The notes under the pieces were generated by a model, which worked only from the letters and a program-made list of their open reading frames with translations, was not told the origin of the DNA and searched no databases. Both the position numbers and the translations under genes were made by a program. From positions 192,001 through 256,000 of the forward strand of contig CBDCLE010000002.1 of assembly GCA_965218585.1 (NCBI GenBank): a stretch of 64,000 nucleotides of DNA, read 5' to 3'. This document shows, piece after piece, positions 57,537 to 64,000 of this stretch. Origin of the DNA: Terriglobia bacterium (lineage in GTDB: Bacteria > Acidobacteriota > Terriglobia > 20CM-2-55-15). Position 1 is the first letter of the stretch; the number at the start of each line of letters is the position of its first letter.

Positions 57537-58895
57537 CTAGTCCACGTCATTGTTTGATGCCTGCAAGTCAAGGAGGTCTTCGGCAGTAATGTCGAATCGG
57601 TCGAAAACATCCTTGGAGACGACCTTGACCCCCACTTCCGACTCGGACTTCCAATAAAGCTCTTCGCCGTCGGCAACGTCGTCGCCGAAACCGAAGGCCA
57701 GTGTCTCGTCACCGTCCACCTCGAAAACAACCCGCAACCGAGGCGGGTCCAGACCGTATGTACCCAGAGGTCCGGGGACATCTATGATGTCAGTGATGCG
57801 CTCGAACTCCACGGCATTAAACATGAGGGAAATCGTGTCCAGTTTCGCTGGCCGCTGGTCAGGTAACTCCCAGCCCCCAGGCCCCATGGCCAGTACAAAG
57901 CTGTCCTCTTGTCGTTCAAACCGGATACGCGTAACGCTGGGTCGATCAAATTCGGCAATCGTTTTGTCGCGCCAAGCGAAGAGCCTCTGTTCAGCGTTCT
58001 CCACGATATCGCTGTTTACGATGAGGACCGCACCCCGTGAAGTGTCTCTTGCGAAGTAGCTGCCCGCTTCCGGGTCGGATTGACTGCCAATGAGCAAGAC
58101 ATGCTCCAAGTCGGTTACGCCATCGTGAAGAACGACGCTCAGCCGGGGCGAATCCAGACCCGTCTGCTCATCGGTGAGTTCTTCGCCGGCAAAATCAGTC
58201 GCACGGGCAAACCCTACGGTGCCCAGAAAAGTGCTGACCTCGGCGAGCATCGCGGGTGCGGTAATCGGGGTCTCCAGAGACCACTGTTCGCCCTCGAGGC
58301 TGAGGCTTACATTAACGCCACCGCTGATATCGATGCGGTCGATCGCATCCTGATCGAAACTCATCACCGTCTTGTCACGGAGGTCGTTGACCTCTTTACT
58401 TACCGTAGAGATCCACGAACTGGGTGCCAGAAACACTTCATCGCTGGAGGCAAGCTTGGCGTAATAGTGTGTCCCACCGGGATTTTCCCGACCAAACAAG
58501 ATCTCTTCCTCCCGACCATCTTCTAACTCGATTCCGACCCCGATACTGGGACTGTCCAGGCCGAAGGTGGAGAGGTCGGTGGGCTCGGACGCGATCGTCT
58601 CCTCTCTCTCGATCCTGGGAACGTTAGAGGCCAATAAGTCCCACGAACTGGAGTCGGCTTCGAGACCGGGAGGGGAAACGAACTCCCACTCCCCGTCATT
58701 TCGGAGGCCTTCGATGGAACGGTCTGGATAAACCAGCCGTATCCGTCGGATATCTTCGTAATCGGCTGGAAAAGCGAGGGTCGCCTCTTCAGCAGCGAGT
58801 TCCCGTTCTTCGCGGCCCCGGATGTCGGTCCAGTAGACCCACAGGCCCAGAACGACGAGAAGTCCAAACAGTGCGAACGTTCCTTTGAACTGCAT
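57537..58895 (-). CDS. DUF4340 domain protein (Gld-type ABC accessory)
   Basis: Repeated 'GLDSP/GLDPP' units; operon context. Confidence 0.82.
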   Translation of the reverse strand: MQFKGTFALFGLLVVLGLWVYWTDIRGREERELAAEEATLAFPADYEDIRRIRLVYPDRSIEGLRNDGEWEFVSPPGLEADSSSWDLLASNVPRIEREETIASEPTDLSTFGLDSPSIGVGIELEDGREEEILFGRENPGGTHYYAKLASSDEVFLAPSSWISTVSKEVNDLRDKTVMSFDQDAIDRIDISGGVNVSLSLEGEQWSLETPITAPAMLAEVSTFLGTVGFARATDFAGEELTDEQTGLDSPRLSVVLHDGVTDLEHVLLIGSQSDPEAGSYFARDTSRGAVLIVNSDIVENAEQRLFAWRDKTIAEFDRPSVTRIRFERQEDSFVLAMGPGGWELPDQRPAKLDTISLMFNAVEFERITDIIDVPGPLGTYGLDPPRLRVVFEVDGDETLAFGFGDDVADGEELYWKSESEVGVKVVSKDVFDRFDITAEDLLDLQASNNDVD

Positions 58896-58912
58896 ACGCA
58901 GATTCCGCTGAT

Positions 58913-60481
58913 TTACTGGCTACGGCGCTTGAACCACACGGAGATTCCCGCCGCCACAATGGAAAGCGGTAGCAGCACCAATGAAATGTAGTATGTGATT
59001 CGACCCTGAGACTCGGTCAGGTTGAGAGGTCGATCGTCGGGCGCTTTCGGCCGGATCGAAATGAAGCTCTCATCCTCGGCCAGCCAACTCACCGCGTTCA
59101 GGAAAAGGTTGCCGTTGCCCTGCAGGCTGAAGAAACCGTTGGAAGCGAAATCGGAGTCCCCCACGACAATTAATCGGGACCGGACCTCCGGAGCGGTCTC
59201 CCGGGTAACAACCACACCGATGTTCACCGGCCCCCCGAGGTCAACGCTCGGATCGAAACTGGCTTCCGTACTGTCCAGGTTGCTTTCTCCCCAACTGTTG
59301 TTACCTGTAGTCAGCAGATTGTCGGAAGTTAATCCCTCCGGACCTTGGGCGGCCGCGTCTATTGAACGGGCCAACGGAAAGAAGGTCATCACATTGAACC
59401 CGTTCGTGATCGCATGTGTGCCGTACTGTGAGACCAGCGGGATCTCAGGACCCGCTCCCAACAAACGGCCCACGCCGCTGGCATCCACGACGAAGTTGTC
59501 ACCCGCAGAAACAGCCCAGCGCTCGAGCAGGTCGTCCAGCGATGCCGCCGGCGGCGGATCGAGCATGACCATCACGCTGCCTCCCGCGTTCAGATACTCG
59601 TCCACCATGTCGATTTCTTCAGGAAACGGTTCAGTTTCAGGCCCGGCCCAGATCAACACCGCAGCGTCAGAAGGCACCTCATCAACCAGAACGAAGTTCA
59701 AACTCTCTACAAGGTAGCTTTCTCTCTCCAGCGCGTTGCGCGCCGCGTCAAGGCCGTTGCGCTCAGTCTGGGCGATGAGTTTCTCTCCATGTCCCTCGAT
59801 GAAATAGATCGCCTTCTGCTCCCCCTTAACCAACTTCATCAGCGCGTTCGTGACATCTTCTTCCAGAAGCGGCTCGGACTGCTTCTCAATGCGTTCCTGG
59901 AAACCTTCGGTCTCGAGGACGATCGTCCCGAAGTTTAGACCCTCCCCCGTAAGCGGATTGTTGAAACTACCGTAGACGGTGACATCGAACTGTTCGGCCA
60001 ACTGTGGCCGGCGGTCAGGATCGACAAACTCATAGCTGATTCGAGAACTCCTGCCGCGGTAAAGATCCAGCAATTCACGAGCTGCCCGATCATCCCCACC
60101 GGGGAAAAACACCAGTATCTCGACGTCCTGTTCAAGTTGATCGGTCACGCTTACGGACTGATCAGACAGGCTGTAAATGCGTTGGGTGGTCAGGTCCAGA
60201 CGTTGATCGTTCTGAAAACCGATGTAGTTCACAAAACCCAGGACGCCAACAAGGAGCAGAACCGAAGTCAGCGAGTTGGCTCCGTACCGCGCCCTGCGGC
60301 CGGTCACACCGGCCCGGATTTCTGAACGTTTTGAAACAAGCGCCACGATGATGAGCACAGCTCCGAGCGCGATGGCAACAGTTTGATAAACGCCCCAGAT
60401 CGTTCGCACCGAGTAGCTGACCAGAGCCGCGGCAACCACGACCAACCCCAACAGATCGAGCTTTTTAATCCATTCTTTCAA
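58913..60481 (-). CDS. GldG-family ABC transporter auxiliary component
   Basis: 'RLDLT..RIYSLS.QS', 'YFIEGHGE', 'GDSDFASN', 'NLFLNAVSWL'. Confidence 0.88.
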   Translation of the reverse strand: MKEWIKKLDLLGLVVVAAALVSYSVRTIWGVYQTVAIALGAVLIIVALVSKRSEIRAGVTGRRARYGANSLTSVLLLVGVLGFVNYIGFQNDQRLDLTTQRIYSLSDQSVSVTDQLEQDVEILVFFPGGDDRAARELLDLYRGRSSRISYEFVDPDRRPQLAEQFDVTVYGSFNNPLTGEGLNFGTIVLETEGFQERIEKQSEPLLEEDVTNALMKLVKGEQKAIYFIEGHGEKLIAQTERNGLDAARNALERESYLVESLNFVLVDEVPSDAAVLIWAGPETEPFPEEIDMVDEYLNAGGSVMVMLDPPPAASLDDLLERWAVSAGDNFVVDASGVGRLLGAGPEIPLVSQYGTHAITNGFNVMTFFPLARSIDAAAQGPEGLTSDNLLTTGNNSWGESNLDSTEASFDPSVDLGGPVNIGVVVTRETAPEVRSRLIVVGDSDFASNGFFSLQGNGNLFLNAVSWLAEDESFISIRPKAPDDRPLNLTESQGRITYYISLVLLPLSIVAAGISVWFKRRSQ

Positions 60482-60485
60482 CTCG

Positions 60486-61268
60486 TTAACCCCTCCAGCG
60501 CATCGAATCCACGGATCGATAGGTCAGGAACAATCCCAATATCACCAGCGACAGGTAAAAGATGACGTGCGACGTCGTCAGAACGCCGCGGATGAATTCG
60601 TCCAGATGTCCCAGAATCGACAGGTAGGTCAGGACGGCTCGTGTAGTTGCCGTGGCGCTCTGCGCGACCACATCTACCATCCAGAGCATGAGAATCGCTC
60701 CAAAACTCAACACACCGGCAACGATCTGGTTTTCTGTGAGCGTCGAGATAAAGAGACCCACGGCCAGCAAGGCGGTTCCGTAAAGCAAGAGCCCCAGATA
60801 ACCGGTCAACATTGGACCCCAGGCCGGATCGGCGTAGAGAAACAGCACCGAAATCGGCACCCAGGTCGTCGCCAGCATGATCGCGTAGAAGGAAACGGCG
60901 GCCAGATACTTCCCCATTACGACTTGGAAGTCCGTCAGAGGCGCCGTCAACAGGAGCTCGATCGTCCCTCTCTTTTTCTCCTCGGAGAACAGACCCATCG
61001 TGATCATGGGCAACATGAACAGCAGGATGACGCTCATGGTCCCCAGAAAACTCTGGCCGATCAAACCCGGCACGTCCATAGGTCGTGGAGCGCCTCCGAA
61101 CTGCTGGCTCTGGAGGGCATTGATCGTCGCCATCTGTATGATCTGACGCAGCATCGTCTGGAAGAAGACTCCGGACAGAAGGACGAAGATCGTGAGGACC
61201 ACGTAAGCGACCGGAGAAATAAAATACGCTCGCAACTCTCTTTCAACAATGGCCAGAATGTTCTTCAT
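60486..61268 (-). CDS. GldF-like ABC-2 permease
   Basis: 'RELRAYFISPVAYV', 'EEKKRGTIELLLTAP', 'TENQIVA'. Confidence 0.9.
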   Translation of the reverse strand: MKNILAIVERELRAYFISPVAYVVLTIFVLLSGVFFQTMLRQIIQMATINALQSQQFGGAPRPMDVPGLIGQSFLGTMSVILLFMLPMITMGLFSEEKKRGTIELLLTAPLTDFQVVMGKYLAAVSFYAIMLATTWVPISVLFLYADPAWGPMLTGYLGLLLYGTALLAVGLFISTLTENQIVAGVLSFGAILMLWMVDVVAQSATATTRAVLTYLSILGHLDEFIRGVLTTSHVIFYLSLVILGLFLTYRSVDSMRWRG

Positions 61269-62299
61269 GCTTCGGCCTCGCCGTCGTCAGAACCCATTTC
61301 CGGAAGGATGTCTCCCTCACTCCCATCTTCGGCCCTATCCTCGCTGACTTCAACCGACGATGCCTCGGTGTCGCTCGTCGTCAACTTGATAAAGATGTCT
61401 TCCAGGCTCATCCGGGAGGACTGCATCTCGAACAACCCCCATCCATTCTCAACGATCGTTTGGGCCAGGCGTGGACGAATGTCATGGGCCAGGTTTGTCT
61501 CGACCTGGATGCGATGCCGACCTTCGGACACTCCAATACCGCTGGCACTTCCAACGCCCTCCATGGATCGAAACCGCCTCAGGATGCTATCTAATGGTCC
61601 CGCAACTTCGACGAGAGTCTGTTCGGCCCCTTTCAACTGCTGTACAAGATTTTCCGGGCTGTCCATCGCGATGATCCGGCCGCGATCGATAATAACGACG
61701 CGACTGCATGTCTGTTCGACTTCCGGGAGGATGTGGGTGGAAAGGATGACTGTATGGTCCCCCGACCATTCCTTGATCAACTCGCGTACCTCGTGGATCT
61801 GTTTGGGATCCAATCCAACCGTTGGCTCGTCCAGAACCAGAACGGGAGGATCGTTCAGCAGGGCCTGGGCGAGACCCACACGTTGCCGATAGCCCTTGGA
61901 CAGGCGCCCGGTAATCCGATTGGCAACGTCGAGGATACGTGCCGTTTCCATGACACGCGTAACTTCGTCAGCGATTTCAATCCGGGGCACGCCCTTAATC
62001 TTGGCGACAAAGCGAAGGTAACCCTCTACAGTCATTTCCAGGTAGAGGGGCGGACTTTCCGGGAGGTAACCGACGCGGCGCCGGACTTCGAGAGGTTGCC
62101 GAAACACGTCGAACCCATCGACCGTGATGCGGCCCTCCGACGGCGGAAGGTAGCCTGTTATGGCCCGCATCGTCGTCGTCTTCCCCGCACCGTTCGGTCC
62201 GAGGAAGCCAAGCACCTCGCCAGCCTCGACGGTAAAACTGACGTCCTCTATCGCAATCGTCGTGTCGTAGCGTTTCGTTAGGTTCTGAACGTTGATCAT
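61265..62299 (-). CDS. GldA-like ABC transporter ATP-binding protein
   Basis: 'GPNGAGKTT', 'LSKGYRQRVG', 'LDEPTVGLDP'. Confidence 0.93.
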   Translation of the reverse strand: MINVQNLTKRYDTTIAIEDVSFTVEAGEVLGFLGPNGAGKTTTMRAITGYLPPSEGRITVDGFDVFRQPLEVRRRVGYLPESPPLYLEMTVEGYLRFVAKIKGVPRIEIADEVTRVMETARILDVANRITGRLSKGYRQRVGLAQALLNDPPVLVLDEPTVGLDPKQIHEVRELIKEWSGDHTVILSTHILPEVEQTCSRVVIIDRGRIIAMDSPENLVQQLKGAEQTLVEVAGPLDSILRRFRSMEGVGSASGIGVSEGRHRIQVETNLAHDIRPRLAQTIVENGWGLFEMQSSRMSLEDIFIKLTTSDTEASSVEVSEDRAEDGSEGDILPEMGSDDGEAEA

Positions 62300-62382
62300 A
62301 TTGTTGGCGTTTTTCCCCGGCCCGGCCCGATCCACGTGGGGACTGTCGGGCTGCTACAATTAGCCTCGATTCTATCGAACGA

Positions 62383-63141
62383 ATGAAAACCTATTCAACT
62401 CTGATATTCGATGCTTTCGATACAGTCATTCATATCGACCGCGAACGGCTTCCCAAACACAAGATTGGAGAGACCACTTTTCACACAACCGCTCCTAAGG
62501 TGTATGAAGTCTATCGAAAGGAAGGCGGGGAGCTCGGGTTCGAAGAATTCGTAGGTGCATTTCTCGAAAGCTCCGCCGAAGCCTACCGCCGACGCAGCCA
62601 AGACCTCAGGGAGATCCCGAGTCCCGACCGGTTTCGAATCATGGTGGAACTACTGCAGAAGAGTCCCGTCGACTTCGCCCCGGGTTTTACCGAGCGGCTG
62701 GCCAAAACCCACATGGAAAACTTCCAGCCGGCACTGGAAATCCGCCCCAAGAGTCGCCAGTTGCTGGAATGGGCGCTTGGCGCGGGTTATCGGCTTGCCA
62801 TGATATCCAACTTCGATTACTCGCCAACCCTGTATGAATGCCTGGAAAAACATGGTGTACTGCAGATGTTTGAGATCATTGTGGTGTCGGACGAAATAGG
62901 CTGGCGCAAGCCCCACCCGAAAATATTTGAAAACACTCTGGAACAACTCGGAATCGGTCCTGCCGATGCGCTTTTCATCGGTGATCGGCTGGACATCGAC
63001 GTGGACGGAGCTGCCCGGGCCGGTATGGATTCAGCATGGATCGACACAGGCCGGCACGAATGGACCGCTCGACACTCGCGGCCACAATATACGATTGGGT
63101 CATTGGGTGATCTGAGAGGAATTCTGGAGGGCTTGGACTGA
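62383..63141 (+). CDS. HAD-superfamily hydrolase
   Basis: 'FDAFDT', 'ISN', 'KPHPKIF', 'IGDRLDIDVDGA'. Confidence 0.9.
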   Translation: MKTYSTLIFDAFDTVIHIDRERLPKHKIGETTFHTTAPKVYEVYRKEGGELGFEEFVGAFLESSAEAYRRRSQDLREIPSPDRFRIMVELLQKSPVDFAPGFTERLAKTHMENFQPALEIRPKSRQLLEWALGAGYRLAMISNFDYSPTLYECLEKHGVLQMFEIIVVSDEIGWRKPHPKIFENTLEQLGIGPADALFIGDRLDIDVDGAARAGMDSAWIDTGRHEWTARHSRPQYTIGSLGDLRGILEGLD

Positions 63142-63168
63142 CACTTGTCCCTTCCTTTGGAGTCGGAG

Positions 63169-63981
63169 ATGGACTACGAAAACGGACACCTTCTTTGGTC
63201 AGTACAGGATCTACGCAATGAACTCGGCGACACCGAATTGGTGACGCTGGACCTCAGACCTCCAGAAGACTTTGCGATGGGACACATACCCGGCACCGGG
63301 AGTCTCGACATCTTCGGCATCAGCCTGATCGATACGCGCCCGGAGCCGCTGGCTGCGTTTCTGTGGATTATCGAGCACTTGATCGGGGCCAAGGGCGTAT
63401 CGACTCATAGCCCGGTCGTCGTTTACGACCGGATCAGCGGCGAGCGCGCGTCTCGATTGTTCTGGTTTCTGGAGTTCTTTGGTCATGCGAATGTGCGTTT
63501 TCTGAATGGAGGTTTCCAGGCATGGTCGGAGGCGGGATTTGAGACGACTCGGGACGCAGAGGTTTCCGCGCGGGGAAACTTTAAGGCAAATCCTCAGAGC
63601 GAACTCCTTGCGACGGCAGATGACATCCTCGAACGACTCGGAAATGCCGACACAGCCATAGTCGACGCCCGGTCCGAAGCCGAAAACAACGCCACACTGG
63701 TTCGGTCGGCGAGGGGCGGACGGATTCCAGGCGCGATCCACATGGAGTGGAAAAACAACCTGAACTCTGACGGGACGTTTAAGTCAGCCTCCGGACTCGC
63801 AGCCCAATACGCCGAGATTGGCGTGACGCCGGATCGCGAAATAATCCCCTATTGCCAGGGAGGATACCGGTCAGCCAACACTTACCTGGCGCTGCGCCTG
63901 ATCGGCTATCCACGAGTCCGGAATTACTTGGGCTCGTGGGGCGAGTGGGGTAACCGCGACGGGCTCCCAATCGAAAAATAG
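63169..63981 (+). CDS. Tandem-rhodanese sulfurtransferase (SseA/TST-like)
   Basis: 'GHIPG', 'LNGG', 'GRIPGA', active site 'YCQGGYRS', 'YLGSWGEW'. Confidence 0.92.
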   Translation: MDYENGHLLWSVQDLRNELGDTELVTLDLRPPEDFAMGHIPGTGSLDIFGISLIDTRPEPLAAFLWIIEHLIGAKGVSTHSPVVVYDRISGERASRLFWFLEFFGHANVRFLNGGFQAWSEAGFETTRDAEVSARGNFKANPQSELLATADDILERLGNADTAIVDARSEAENNATLVRSARGGRIPGAIHMEWKNNLNSDGTFKSASGLAAQYAEIGVTPDREIIPYCQGGYRSANTYLALRLIGYPRVRNYLGSWGEWGNRDGLPIEK

Positions 63982-64000
63982 GGTCAGAAACCGGTGTCCC
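63975..64000. repeat. GGGTCAGA-family repeat (truncated by the window edge)
   Basis: AAAATAGGGTCAGAAACCGGTGTCCC overlapping the rhodanese TAG stop. Confidence 0.55.

Overview
A GC-rich bacterial chromosome segment. Gene content suggests Acidobacteriota by inference: an Oar-type TonB-dependent receptor, a short PheT, a Gld-like ABC system, and remnants of the 'NWFEELK' kinase tail. Most of it is core housekeeping: thrS, infC-rpmI-rplT-pheST-zapAB-6S RNA, ffh-rpsP-khpA-rimM-trmD-rplS, pyrDF/pyrRBC, leuS, rnhA, tRNA-Ile2(CAT), rpoD-dnaG-mutS2-larB, ubiA-like, pepP, efp, selA, purH, lysA, two ECF sigma/anti-sigma loci, an ABC exporter, a HAD hydrolase and a rhodanese. Between 37.7 and 52.8 kb about ten single-base indels break genes including essential rpoD, which most likely reflects assembly error. 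The main non-routine signals are: (1) an accessory patch at 26.4-32.3 kb with three copies of a 38-bp bulged palindrome around a peptidase and a radical SAM gene, two of them preceded by decayed kinase C-terminal tails, plus an excisionase-like relic and a MazEF pair; (2) two diverged copies of a ~270-bp CTAG-bounded non-coding element whose stems show compensatory base changes; (3) a four-gene Crp/Fnr module with four TGTAA-N6-TTACA-like boxes and a probable His/Cys-ligated, Met-rich cytochrome c; (4) an orphan sigma54 promoter ahead of a GGA-rich candidate sRNA; (5) non-canonical or leaderless starts (rimM AUC, infC UUG). All calls are by eye; no searches were run.
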